A DNA stretch of 64,000 bases from Nannocystis bainbridge (GCF_028368995.1 NZ_JAQNDL010000001.1:416001-480000), one strand, 5' to 3'; positions 1 to 9,888 are shown, counted from the stretch's first letter. A program made the numbers and translations. The notes: generated from the letters alone by a model not told the origin.

Positions 1-1295
1 GCCTTGTCCTTGTTGGTGCGCCAGATGACGAGCTTGCGGACCGCCTGCTGGCCCTTCGCGCTCTTGGCGTAGACCTCGCGGCGGATCACCTCGGAGGCCG
101 GCAGGACCAGGCGCTCGGCCTTCTTGTTGAGGCTGTCGATCTGGACCCGCTCGAGCACCTGGGCCACGCGGATGTCGACCGGGTTGACGGTCTTGTCGCT
201 GCGGATGCGCGAGAACACCGGGTGGAGGATCGACACGCCGGGCATCTCCCGGATCGTGCGCCAGCCGGTCTGCGAGTGCTCGAGCACCATGCGGAGGATC
301 GGGTCGCCGCTCGAGTCCTCGCCCTGGATGTCGGTGACCTTGACCTCGATCACCGTCTCCGGTGGGACGAACCGGTACAGCGCGCCCTTGCTGTTGGCGT
401 AGCGGTAGTTCGACGCCACGGCCTTGCCGGACATCTGCTGGTAGAACGACTTGCGCTGCTCGGTCGGCATGTTGCCGCAGGCGCCGATGACCTGGAACTG
501 GCCGTCGTCGCGCATCATCGCCAGCAGCAGCGAGCCGACCGCCTCGGGCTCGTCCGAGCTGTCGGTGTAGCCGATGATCGCCGCGTCGATGTCGATCGTC
601 GGCTTGAGCTTGAAGACCAGGTTGTCGGCGGTGCGGACCACCAGGCCCTCGCCCTTGCCGCCCTCGACCCACTCGTTCCAGCGCTGCATGATCTGCTCGG
701 CGCCGGTCGCAGCCTCGGTCTTGATCGCCTGCAGCCGCTTGCCGCCGGCCAGCAGCCGCTGGCACAGCGCCAGGCGGTCGACGTACAGCGGCGGCCGCTG
801 CGGCGCCTCGGCGTCGCCGCCGTGCAGCACGTCGAACGCGAAGTACGCCATGCGCTCGACCTGCGCCTGCGCCTCGCCGCCCATCGCCGACCCGAGGTCG
901 CCGACGCGCGGCCGGCCCTGGCCCGGCGCCTTGGCGGCGAACAGCTCGCCCGCCAGCACCGTGCGGCCCTGCTTGCGCCCGAGCGCCGCCTTGGCCTCGA
1001 GCAGCACCGGCACGTCGCCCGAGACCACGCGGCCGGTCGGCGAGCACAGGATCGCCTGCTGCTCGTCGAGCACCAGGAACCACAGCTCGCCGTCGACCTT
1101 CGGCGACACCTGCAGCACGCCCGGCGGGACCGACCCGCGGGCCAGGTCCTCGAAGGGCAGCGCGCGGTAGCTGCCGGCCACGGCGCGCTTGTAGTTGCGG
1201 AACATGGCCGCCAGCTCGGTATCGAGCAGGCTGCCGGCCGGGCTCTGCTTGCCCTTGCCGAGCGGACGGGCGCTGTCGGTGGAGAACAGGCTCAT
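1..1295 (-). CDS. ATP-dependent DNA ligase-like protein (runs off the left window edge)
   Basis: Not in the ORF track; translated by hand from ATG at 1295 (GGAG upstream). Motifs: SPKVDGE (I, KxDG), LAGELF (III), YFAFDVL (IIIa), EGLVVR (IV), FKLKP (V), OB-fold IDAAIIGY and VIEVK, HPVFSRIRSDK (VI), then an additional C-terminal region. Confidence 0.85.
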   Translation of the reverse strand, partial: MSLFSTDSARPLGKGKQSPAGSLLDTELAAMFRNYKRAVAGSYRALPFEDLARGSVPPGVLQVSPKVDGELWFLVLDEQQAILCSPTGRVVSGDVPVLLEAKAALGRKQGRTVLAGELFAAKAPGQGRPRVGDLGSAMGGEAQAQVERMAYFAFDVLHGGDAEAPQRPPLYVDRLALCQRLLAGGKRLQAIKTEAATGAEQIMQRWNEWVEGGKGEGLVVRTADNLVFKLKPTIDIDAAIIGYTDSSDEPEAVGSLLLAMMRDDGQFQVIGACGNMPTEQRKSFYQQMSGKAVASNYRYANSKGALYRFVPPETVIEVKVTDIQGEDSSGDPILRMVLEHSQTGWRTIREMPGVSILHPVFSRIRSDKTVNPVDIRVAQVLERVQIDSLNKKAERLVLPASEVIRREVYAKSAKGQQAVRKLVIWRTNKDK

Positions 1296-1320
1296 GAAAA
1301 TCTCCGGTCTGTCCGAAAGG

Positions 1321-2025
1321 TCAGGTGGCCGGCGCGCCCGGGGCGCGCAGCTCGAGGTTCGAGAGGTGGAGCAGCAGCTTGTACTTCTGGCCGTCGACGC
1401 GGCCCTCGAGGAAGCCGCGGTACGGCGTGCCGTTCTCCTGGAAGATCAGCGGATCGCGGCCCTTGCCGCCGGCGCCGAGCAGCGCCATCTCGCCCTTGTC
1501 GTGCAGCTCCTTCGCCATCTTGAACAGGAAGTCGAACGACAGGCCGTCGACGTGCTTGATCTGGATGGTGCGGCGGAACGCGAACTTGGTGACCACCTCG
1601 GCCTTGGGCAGCCGCCGCGGGGTGAACCGCACCGGCGACTCCTTCTCGTTGGTGTTGGCCGGGATGTCGGCCGCCGGCTTGCGCTCGCGCTCGGCCCCGT
1701 CGGGCCCGAACAGCACGTCGACCAGCCTCGGCGAGGCGTGCAGCACCTCGCCCTTGCTCGACAGGAACACGGTCTGCGTGTCGCCGACGACCTTGCCGAC
1801 CTGCTCGATGTCGATCTCGGGGTCGCCGTCGATGAGCGCCTGCGCCAGGTCGCCCGGCAGCGCGCTGAGCTTGCCGAAAGTGCCGGCCTCGGTGGTCGCC
1901 AGGTAGCGGCGGAACTCGAGCTTCTTGCCGGGCACGCCGGACACCGGCCCGACCTTCTCCTTGACCGACTCGAGCGCGAGCGTGGCGTCGCGCTTCTCCT
2001 CGTTCATCAGCTGGATCTTGCGCAT
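1321..2025 (-). CDS. Hypothetical protein, possibly divergent Ku-like beta-barrel
   Basis: Start MRKIQL at 2025 with GGGAG upstream; globular composition; lies between the ligase and the 2048-2650 gene. The Ku resemblance is weak and inferred. Confidence 0.7.
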   Translation of the reverse strand: MRKIQLMNEEKRDATLALESVKEKVGPVSGVPGKKLEFRRYLATTEAGTFGKLSALPGDLAQALIDGDPEIDIEQVGKVVGDTQTVFLSSKGEVLHASPRLVDVLFGPDGAERERKPAADIPANTNEKESPVRFTPRRLPKAEVVTKFAFRRTIQIKHVDGLSFDFLFKMAKELHDKGEMALLGAGGKGRDPLIFQENGTPYRGFLEGRVDGQKYKLLLHLSNLELRAPGAPAT

Positions 2026-2047
2026 GGCTGTCTCCCTGACCTGTCCC

Positions 2048-2650
2048 TCAGAACATCTCGAAGTCGAGCTCGTCACCGTCGTCGTCGCCGCCCGGATCGT
2101 CGGCCACGGTGGTCTGCAGCTCGCACCACTCGCTCACCGCCGGCGAGCCCACCAGCGCGAAGTAGGCCCCGCCGTTGCACACGAGGTAGGCCAGCTCGGT
2201 GTCGTAGCCGCCGCGGTAGCTGAACACGAAGCGGAACACCTTGCCGCCGCGCAGCTCACCCTCGAGCTTGGGGTCGAGCCCGTTCGGGTCGAGCGTGTAG
2301 ACCGAGCGCACCGCGAGGTCGAGCAGCTCGCCCGGATCGATCGGGCCCTCGAGCTTCTGCGCCTCGCCGAGCGTGCTCGGGATGTGCGGCAGCGGCTTGC
2401 CGTCGCCGTCGAGGCCGACCAGCTTGCCGTTCGGGATCCACGCGTTGCCCTCGTCGAAGTAGCCCTGCGCGGTCATGCCCGAGCGGATCAGCAGCGTGCC
2501 GTCGCGCGACAGCTCGGCCCGCTCGCAGCGCTGCTCGTGAGGGTCGAGGATCTGGCGCTGACGCTTGCCGTACAGCTTGGCGCGGTCGAGCTTCTCGTGA
2601 TCGAAGGTCGACTGCACGCCGCCCCAGTTGACGATGATCGGTTTCGCCAT
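2048..2650 (-). CDS. Ku-like protein with acidic C-terminal tail
   Basis: MAKPII start; IDPGELLDLAVRSVYTLDP and KVFRFVFSYRGG..AYLV resemble Ku core segments (IDPxY..xYYLxP; FVLRG.E.L); ends DDDGDELDFEMF. Confidence 0.65.
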   Translation of the reverse strand: MAKPIIVNWGGVQSTFDHEKLDRAKLYGKRQRQILDPHEQRCERAELSRDGTLLIRSGMTAQGYFDEGNAWIPNGKLVGLDGDGKPLPHIPSTLGEAQKLEGPIDPGELLDLAVRSVYTLDPNGLDPKLEGELRGGKVFRFVFSYRGGYDTELAYLVCNGGAYFALVGSPAVSEWCELQTTVADDPGGDDDGDELDFEMF

Positions 2651-3074
2651 AAGTGCGAGGGCCCAAGCGGCCGCCAAGCCTTATCCGACCGGCCGCGCAG
2701 CCCTGTCAAGCCGAGCGTTCTGCCAGCGCGAACTCGCGCTGCGCACTACTGCCCATCGACATCGCGACAGCGGCCCGCTGCACCGCGGATCCGCATCCTT
2801 GTACGCGCAATCGAGCGAGACCCTGCCAGCGCCGTCACGTTCTGATCTCGAGCAGATCATGAACCGGCCGCGCCGATCTCCTTCGAGCCCCCGGTCGGTC
2901 GACCGCGAAGGCTCCACGGACTCGTCAGCTCGAGCGTGCAATCACCTGTCCCGAGGGACAGCACGACCCTCGGCTCGGATGCCGTCGAAGCCTCGCGAAC
3001 CTTCGACCGTGAGCAGAGCGACCGCGCCCTGGTCGGGGCCCGCGATCGCGCGTAGGGTCGCCGGCAAGAACCTT

Positions 3075-3713
3075 ATGCGTCGATCCCTTCATGCATACCT
3101 GTCCGTGACTCTGACGCTGTTCGCCTGCGGCCCCGCCAAGCAGAGCGACAGCGACACCACCACCGGCCCCACGAGCACCTCCACGACCTCGTCGTCCGGC
3201 ACCGCGAGCACCACCTCCTCCTCCTCGACGTCGCCCACCACGACCGGCGAACCGCTCACCACTTCCTCCTCCGGGACCTCCGACACCGAGGCAGCGACGG
3301 ACAGCGGCACCCCCTCGAGCTCCGAGCCCACCGGCACCGAGGTCACGAGCACCACCGGAGCGCCGGCGGGTGATTGCAGCGATCAAACGAACCTGGATGA
3401 CTGCCACGCCATCCCCGGCCCGGGCGGCCACTCGGACTGCGTGTGGGTCGAGACCGTCGCGCAGTGGAGCCCGGACACCGGCTGCGAAGTCGTCGCCGGG
3501 CCGGCGCACTGCGTCCAGGGCTTCTACGTCGGCGATGGCTGCTTCGGCAGCGGCTGCCCCGATCTCGAGCGCGTGTACGTCCGCGATCAAGGCGACGGCA
3601 ACTTCGACGTCGTGAACCACCCCGGCGGCTCCTGCGGCGTCGAGCCCGACGGCTGGGAGCAATGCAGCACCGAGTTCCCCGAGCTGCCAGAGGCTTGCGG
3701 CTGCGTCTGCTGA
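3075..3713 (+). CDS. Lipoprotein with Thr/Ser stalk and Cys-rich C-terminal domain
   Basis: MRRSLH...LFAC lipobox, low-complexity T/S linker, Cys-rich domain ending CGCVC. Confidence 0.8.
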   Translation: MRRSLHAYLSVTLTLFACGPAKQSDSDTTTGPTSTSTTSSSGTASTTSSSSTSPTTTGEPLTTSSSGTSDTEAATDSGTPSSSEPTGTEVTSTTGAPAGDCSDQTNLDDCHAIPGPGGHSDCVWVETVAQWSPDTGCEVVAGPAHCVQGFYVGDGCFGSGCPDLERVYVRDQGDGNFDVVNHPGGSCGVEPDGWEQCSTEFPELPEACGCVC

Positions 3714-3758
3714 CACTGCCCTGGCGCTCTCGAGGCTCTCTTGCGCTACGCTCGAACC

Positions 3759-4091
3759 ATGCCTGGCGACGCTCCCGACATCCACGTCATCCTCATGACC
3801 TGTCCTCCCGACCAGGCCGAGAAGATCCTCCTCGCGCTGCTCGAGCGGCGCCTCGTCGGCTGCGGCAACATCCTCCCGCAGGTCCGCTCGCGCTACTGGT
3901 GGGACGGCCAGATCTGCAGCGACGACGAGGCCCTCGTCGTCATGGAGACCACCCCCGATCGCCTCGACGCCCTCTACGCCGCGATCCCCGACGTTCACCC
4001 TTACTCCGTCCCCAAGGTCGTCGCGCTCCAGCCGAGCGCCTGCGGCGAGCCTTACCTGCAGTGGCTGCGCGCTGTCACGCGGCCGGGCTGA
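3759..4091 (+). CDS. cutA: Divalent-cation tolerance protein CutA
   Basis: LLERRLVGCGNILPQVRSRYWWDG, HPYSVP and YLQWL are CutA signatures. Confidence 0.92.
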   Translation: MPGDAPDIHVILMTCPPDQAEKILLALLERRLVGCGNILPQVRSRYWWDGQICSDDEALVVMETTPDRLDALYAAIPDVHPYSVPKVVALQPSACGEPYLQWLRAVTRPG

Positions 4092-4095
4092 AGCC

Positions 4096-4527
4096 ATGGT
4101 CGTGCTGTTCACCATCCTCGGCGTCCTCGCCGATCTGCTGATCCAGATGTTCACCCTGCTGGGGACCGGGGCCGTCGTCGCGAGCGTCGTCCGCGGCTTC
4201 TCGGCCGAGGATGGCGTGCTCCTCCTCCTGTTCCTCGCCGCCACCATCGGCGGCCACTGGATCCTCCTCCGGCGGATCCGCGCCGGACGGCGCACCGTCG
4301 CCACCGCGCGGGCCGGCAGCGAGGAGGTCGGCACGCGCACCGCCGGGCACTTCGTCACCGACGCGCTGCTCATCCTCTGCCTCGCGGCGATGCTCCGCAC
4401 CATGCAGGAGCCGCCCTGGGAGACTGCCGAGCGCGCCGGAACGATCGCCATGCTCGTCGCCTGCATCGTGCTCTGCGGCCTGCGCGTCGCCTTCGTGCGT
4501 CGGGACCCGGATCCCGACCTGATGTGA
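4096..4527 (+). CDS. Small membrane protein (about 4 TM)
   Basis: Four hydrophobic stretches; starts 4 nt after the cutA stop. Confidence 0.65.
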   Translation: MVVLFTILGVLADLLIQMFTLLGTGAVVASVVRGFSAEDGVLLLLFLAATIGGHWILLRRIRAGRRTVATARAGSEEVGTRTAGHFVTDALLILCLAAMLRTMQEPPWETAERAGTIAMLVACIVLCGLRVAFVRRDPDPDLM

Positions 4528-4723
4528 GGAGGCAGCAGTTCCAGAGCTTGAGGCCGTTGCTCGCCAGCATTCGGCGCGCGCAGGCAACGAGCCAGCGATC
4601 CACTCATCGCGGGGTCGCCGTTCCGACCCGGCCTTTCGTGTCGCTGCGATGCGACGCGCCGGAGCGCTGACGGTCCGCAGCGCCCGGTCGCTCGCGTGCG
4701 AGGCCGCTACGAGCCCGCCGCTC

Positions 4724-7168
4724 TCACCTGCCCGCGCGCGCCAACTTGCGCGCGCAGGCTACCAGCGCCAGGTAGCAGCCTGCCCCGATCGCCATCGTCG
4801 TCGAGATGCCCCACGTCATGGATGTCCCGAGGGCCAGGCCGCTCGCGCACACTCCGAACGCCCCGTTGATGCCCCACAGCCACGGCGTCACCGCGTGACC
4901 GCCTGCCCTTTCGACCAGGCGCAGCCCCAGCGGGAAGCAGATGCCCATCCCCACCGCGGGCGGCGCGATGAGGGCGATCGACAGCAGCACGCGGATCGTC
5001 GTCTCGGCGCCGGCGAAGTTCTCCGTCACCGGGCCGGTCGCCAGCCGGGCCGCCACCACCATCAGCGCCGGGATCAGCGGGAACAGCCACGCCACGGCCC
5101 CTCCGCGCTCGACCGCCAGCTTGCCGCTGAGCAGGCTACCGATGCCCGCCGACAGGATGATGCCGCCGAGCACCACCGCCAGCGACAGCGTCGGGTGGCC
5201 GACGAACACCCCCACCTGGGACAGCAGCGCGATCTCGACGAACATGAAGCCGAGGCCGATCAGCGCGAAGTAGGCCAGCGCCGCCGCCAGCGTCGCCGGG
5301 GCCAGCCCCGTCGTCGGCTCGCTCGCTCGGCTCACCTCGGTCTGCGCCGGCCGGGCCACCAGCGGCCCGAGCAGCGCCGCCAGCGTCAGCAGCAGGCTCA
5401 CCAGCGTCGCGTACACCAGCGTCTGCGTCGCCTGCAGGTTGCCGAGGAACCCGAGATCGAGCTCGCTGAGCTCCTCCTGGCCTTCGAGCCAGGTGCCCGG
5501 CTTCAGCATGTTGAAGAAGAACGGCCGGTCGTCGGTCGGCGGCGTCAGGTCGAGCGTCTGGCGCTCGGCCCACTGCCACAGCGTCGCCCGGTCTTCGATC
5601 GCCCCCAGCTCCGCCAGCAGCGGCTGGGCTGGCAGGCGACGCGGCGTCAGCACCATGTTGACGCCGATCCGGACCGCCTCGCGCTGCATCAGGTCGAGGT
5701 CGTCCGCGGTGAACGGCGTCGGCGAGACCAGCAGCGTCGCCACGCTCTCGACCTGCAGCAGCAGCAGGTGCGCGCGCGGCTTCTCGACCCCGAGCTGCCA
5801 CAGCGCCTCCATCGCCAGCGCCACCATGCGCGCCGTCTCGCCGGGCGACTCCTTCTTGTACCAGCGCGACACCGTGAACACCCCCGTGGGTGCCAGGCGG
5901 CGCAGGAACACCAGCCAGCCCTCGACCGTGTACAGCCCGTTCTCCGACAGGCTGTACGCGCCGGCGCCGGTCGAGGCCCACGTGTCGATCAGCGACATCG
6001 TGATCACCTCGTACTGCCGGTCGTCGCGCGAGAAGAAGCTGCGCGCCTCGTCGGTGTGCAGCTCGACGCCCGGGCGCGCCGCGATGGTCGAGAAGTCCGC
6101 CATCGACCGCCGGTGCAGGTCGACGATCGCCGCGTTGAGCTCGACCCCGACCACCGGCGCGTGGCCGCTGCGCAGCGCCGCCAGCACGTCGCGACCGCCG
6201 CCGACCCCGATCACCGCCGCTGGCCCGTGCGGGCGCAGGCGGTGGGCGAACGTGCTGAGGTCCCAGTCGAGGTACGCGTGATCCGAACCTGCCCCTTCGG
6301 CCATCAGCGTCGCCGCCGCGCCGTCGATCTTCAGCACTCGCTGCTGGATCGGCGCCCGCGCCTCGAGCGGCATGTTGCGCCCCGGCGCCCACAGGTACGG
6401 CGGCAGCGCGATCTGGGTCCCGACCGTCACCCGCGAGTGCGTGTTCCAGGCCACGTGCATGAACTCGCGCGGGTCCTCGCGCACCCCCTTGACCCACGCC
6501 GGGCGCAGCGGCGGCGCCTCGGCGGCCGCGTTGAAGCCGGCGAACCCCAGCAGCGCCAGCGTCAGCGCGCCACATGTCCCGAGGGACCTGCGCTTTTCGC
6601 CAGGGTCTTCGTCACATGTCGCAAAGGCCAGGGCGCCGAGCGCCGCGATCGCCCCGACCACCAGCACCGCGCTGGCGGCGTCGACCACGTCGAGCAGCGG
6701 GATCACCAGCCCGCAGCCGGCCGCCGCGCCGAGCAGGTCGCAGCCGTAGGCGCGGCCCGGAGGCAGCCCGGCGCGCGTCAGCGCCAGCGTCAGCGCCACC
6801 CCGGCGGCCGCGAACGGGACCGCCAGGGCCGCGCCGAAGCCGAGCAGGGCGAAGAAGCCCATCAGGTCGATGACCGGCAGCAGCGGCCCCGACATCGTCC
6901 ACGCGACCGCCAGCGGGGCCAGCGCGGCGAACAGCGCCGAGCTGCGGGCCAGCCGGCGCATCACCGTCGCCTGGGTGAACCGGGCCGGGCGCATGAACAC
7001 GTAGATCGAGCCCGCGGTCATGCCGAGCATCGCCAGCGCGATGACGAAGAACGACAGGTGGTACCACGCGATCACGCTGGTGATGCGGGTCAGCAAGATC
7101 TCGAGCGCGAGCGTCGAGCCCGCGACCAGGGCGATCCCGGCGTAGAGGAAGAACGAGCGCATCGGCAT
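4724..7168 (-). CDS. Membrane protein with central spermidine-synthase-like SAM-dependent domain
   Basis: True start MPMRSFF at 7168 (TGATG overlap with the acylase stop); multi-TM N- and C-termini; VIGVGGGRDV, VGVELN, DEARSF, LYTVEG and PTDDRPFF motifs. Confidence 0.85.
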   Translation of the reverse strand: MPMRSFFLYAGIALVAGSTLALEILLTRITSVIAWYHLSFFVIALAMLGMTAGSIYVFMRPARFTQATVMRRLARSSALFAALAPLAVAWTMSGPLLPVIDLMGFFALLGFGAALAVPFAAAGVALTLALTRAGLPPGRAYGCDLLGAAAGCGLVIPLLDVVDAASAVLVVGAIAALGALAFATCDEDPGEKRRSLGTCGALTLALLGFAGFNAAAEAPPLRPAWVKGVREDPREFMHVAWNTHSRVTVGTQIALPPYLWAPGRNMPLEARAPIQQRVLKIDGAAATLMAEGAGSDHAYLDWDLSTFAHRLRPHGPAAVIGVGGGRDVLAALRSGHAPVVGVELNAAIVDLHRRSMADFSTIAARPGVELHTDEARSFFSRDDRQYEVITMSLIDTWASTGAGAYSLSENGLYTVEGWLVFLRRLAPTGVFTVSRWYKKESPGETARMVALAMEALWQLGVEKPRAHLLLLQVESVATLLVSPTPFTADDLDLMQREAVRIGVNMVLTPRRLPAQPLLAELGAIEDRATLWQWAERQTLDLTPPTDDRPFFFNMLKPGTWLEGQEELSELDLGFLGNLQATQTLVYATLVSLLLTLAALLGPLVARPAQTEVSRASEPTTGLAPATLAAALAYFALIGLGFMFVEIALLSQVGVFVGHPTLSLAVVLGGIILSAGIGSLLSGKLAVERGGAVAWLFPLIPALMVVAARLATGPVTENFAGAETTIRVLLSIALIAPPAVGMGICFPLGLRLVERAGGHAVTPWLWGINGAFGVCASGLALGTSMTWGISTTMAIGAGCYLALVACARKLARAGR

Positions 7169-9621
7169 CACCTGCCCTCGACCACGGTCTCGTGCAGGTT
7201 GGGGTCGGCGGCGATGTCGGCCTCGCGGAACAGCAGCGGTCGCCATTGCTTCTGCGAGAACAGCTCGGTCTGGTCGCGGAAGTGGGGCGAGCGCGGGTCC
7301 TCCGACTGCGAGTACGTCAAGAACGCCTCGCCGCGCGGCCCGTCGGGCAGCATCTCGACCGCCATCACGAACGACGAGCCGTAGTTGATCACGTAGCCGC
7401 GCTCCGTAAGGCCGGCGGTGCCGTCGATCGCCGGCGGGCGCCCGACCTTCGGCAGCAGCGTCGAGTTGAGGCCGCCGTTGTAGCCGACCACGTTGGCGAT
7501 GCCCTCCTTGGCGAACCCGCCGTGGACCCCGATCTCGACGCTGCCGCGCGGCGCTCGCTGCAGCTGCTTGAGCGGGGCCGACAGCGGCACCCCGGCGGTC
7601 CGCAGGTTGACCACCGCCTCGCCGAGCGCCACCAGGGCCCCGTCGACCTGGCCCGCGGCCGGGGCGATCAGCGTGTGCGGGGTGTGGACCGGGTCGTCGA
7701 CGTCGAACGGCACGTTGAACAGCGAGCCGCGGTCGAGCACCGAGTCGGGGCCATAGGCCGCCAGGTACTCGCGGAACAGCACCGCGCCGACGCTGTCGGG
7801 GTCGAAGCGGCGGTCCCACGCGCCGAGCAGCTGGCAGATCGTGCGCAGGTCGACGACGCTGCCGGCGACCTCGATCACGTGTTGCGCGTCGCAGCGGGCC
7901 AGCAAGGCGTCCAGCACCAGCTCCGCGGTCAGCGAGTGGTTGCCCTGGATCGCCGCCTGGATCTCCGCCAGCGAGAACGTGCCGTCCTCGCCGGCCGCCA
8001 CGAACGGCGCCTCGTTCTGCAGCAGCATCGCGTTGACGCGCGTGCGCGGCGACTGCGGCGCGCGCTCCGCCCCGTGCAGCGGCGAGAAGCCCTCGAGCGG
8101 CGCCGCCGGGTTGGCCAGCCAGTACGAGTCGTTGGCGTTGAGCACGAAGTCGCGGCGGCCCAGCTGCGGCATCGCCGAGAACGGCACCAGCCCCGGCGCG
8201 CGCGCGTCCCCGCTGTCCTGCCACTCGTAGCTGGAGTCGCTGCCGTCGAGCACCACCAGGCCGCCCTGCTGGTACAGCAGCCCGGTGAGGAAATCGCTCT
8301 CGATCGCCGCCTGCCAGCCGGCGATCGCCGCCTCGGTGATCTGCCCGGTCGCCGAGGCGTCGGCGTACCACGCGTCGCCGTGCTTGTCGGCCGCCATCGT
8401 GTTGACCCACGGGATGCCCTGCACCGTCTTGAACACCTGCTTGAACCCGTCGAGGCTGGTCGCGCGGTCCATGCCGAGGAACTGCTCGATGAGCCGCGGG
8501 TTGTCGATGTTGGCGTCGCGGTAGGTCAGCGCGAGGTCGCCGGACCAGCCGATCGGGTCGACGTTGAGCATCGGCCCGTAATGGCTGTACCACATCGTGC
8601 GCGACACCTTGCCCTCGCCTGCGACCTCGGCCTCGAAGGTCTTGGCGGTCATCGGCCGCGAGGCACCGTCGTACAGGTAGGCCGTCGGATCGTCCGGGTC
8701 GAGCGTCAACTTGTAGAACGTGAAGCGCGTGCCCGACGAGAACGTGTGCGTCCACGCGACCTCGTCGTTGAAGCCGATCAGCACCCCGGGCACGCCCATC
8801 AGGCCGACGCCGTAGATGTTGAGCTGCCCCGGCACCGTCACGTGGCTCTCCCACAGCTTGAGCTCGCCGGTCCACGGGAAGTGCGGGTTGGCCACGACCA
8901 TGCCGCCGCCGCTGGTCGTCTTCTCGGCGCCGAGGGCCCAGCCGTTGCTGCCGAAGCCGCCGCTCGTCAGCGTGCCGAGGCCCGCGAGCGGCCCGCCCGG
9001 CAGCTGCAGCGGCGACCCCGGCGGCTGGGCCGTGCCGATGTAGCCCGCCAGCTGATTGCTGCTGCCGAGCAGCCCGAGGTCGACGTAATAACGGGCCAGG
9101 TCGAGCGCGTCGATCTCCTTGACCCACGGCGCCCCGGCGCAGTCGGCCGGCAGCTGCCCCGGCGGCGTATCGCGCAGGTACTGGTTGTAGCCGGCCGCGT
9201 AGCCCTCGATCGCCGTCTTGACCTCGGCAGGCGCCGCGTCCCACATCCGCTGCGCCCGCGGCCCGACCTCGAGCGCGAGGTAGGCGAAGTCGCTGGTCAG
9301 GAACGCGTCGCCGCTGCCGCGCCCGAAGTACTTGGCGCGCTCCGAGCGGACCTTGACGATCTGATCGGCCAGCGTGCACACGTGGTCCTGCGCGAACGCG
9401 TAGGCCTGGCCGAACAGCGCGCTGCCGAGATCGTCGGCCTGGATGTGGGCGATGCCGAAGCTGGTGCGCCGGATCGTCGCTCGATAGGCCGGCTCGCCGG
9501 AGGTCTCGCTCGTGCTCCCGTCACCTGTCGAGCTCGCTCCGTCCGTCTCAGTGTGGGGGGCGTCGGTCGAACCGCAGGCGAACAGCGGGGCGAGCGCGAG
9601 GACGGCGAACTTGCGCAACAT
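7168..9621 (-). CDS. Penicillin acylase family (Ntn hydrolase, PvdQ/QuiP-like AHL acylase) lipoprotein
   Basis: LFAC lipobox; IRRTSFGIAHI, GSNGWALG (catalytic Ser), ANPHFPW, PWVNTMAAD, TYSQS and DQTELFS. Confidence 0.92.
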   Translation of the reverse strand: MLRKFAVLALAPLFACGSTDAPHTETDGASSTGDGSTSETSGEPAYRATIRRTSFGIAHIQADDLGSALFGQAYAFAQDHVCTLADQIVKVRSERAKYFGRGSGDAFLTSDFAYLALEVGPRAQRMWDAAPAEVKTAIEGYAAGYNQYLRDTPPGQLPADCAGAPWVKEIDALDLARYYVDLGLLGSSNQLAGYIGTAQPPGSPLQLPGGPLAGLGTLTSGGFGSNGWALGAEKTTSGGGMVVANPHFPWTGELKLWESHVTVPGQLNIYGVGLMGVPGVLIGFNDEVAWTHTFSSGTRFTFYKLTLDPDDPTAYLYDGASRPMTAKTFEAEVAGEGKVSRTMWYSHYGPMLNVDPIGWSGDLALTYRDANIDNPRLIEQFLGMDRATSLDGFKQVFKTVQGIPWVNTMAADKHGDAWYADASATGQITEAAIAGWQAAIESDFLTGLLYQQGGLVVLDGSDSSYEWQDSGDARAPGLVPFSAMPQLGRRDFVLNANDSYWLANPAAPLEGFSPLHGAERAPQSPRTRVNAMLLQNEAPFVAAGEDGTFSLAEIQAAIQGNHSLTAELVLDALLARCDAQHVIEVAGSVVDLRTICQLLGAWDRRFDPDSVGAVLFREYLAAYGPDSVLDRGSLFNVPFDVDDPVHTPHTLIAPAAGQVDGALVALGEAVVNLRTAGVPLSAPLKQLQRAPRGSVEIGVHGGFAKEGIANVVGYNGGLNSTLLPKVGRPPAIDGTAGLTERGYVINYGSSFVMAVEMLPDGPRGEAFLTYSQSEDPRSPHFRDQTELFSQKQWRPLLFREADIAADPNLHETVVEGR

Positions 9622-9888
9622 CGCCCGTCAGGCTAACGCGTCGCCACGCAGCGGCGCAAGCGCGCCGCCCTCGCCGGAGCGACTGCACGGCCCCTCCGCG
9701 AGCCCGCCCGACGCCGAAAGGCGCGAGGCGCCGGCGGACCCCGCGGGCGATTCCGGGCGGTTTGCCCGCGAGCGGCCGTGCGCGGCCCGTCGTGGCCGCG
9801 CCGATGGCCCGGTTCCTCACGGCGAGATCCAGGGCAGCCGCCGGGCTCCGACGGGGGTGATCCAACCCGCGGCCACGGTCGCCCGAAC

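Noticed and set aside
4724-9379. 1551-aa ORF as a single giant protein
   Set aside because: The part upstream of 7168 is an Arg/Gly-rich shadow frame of the acylase gene; the real start overlaps the acylase stop.
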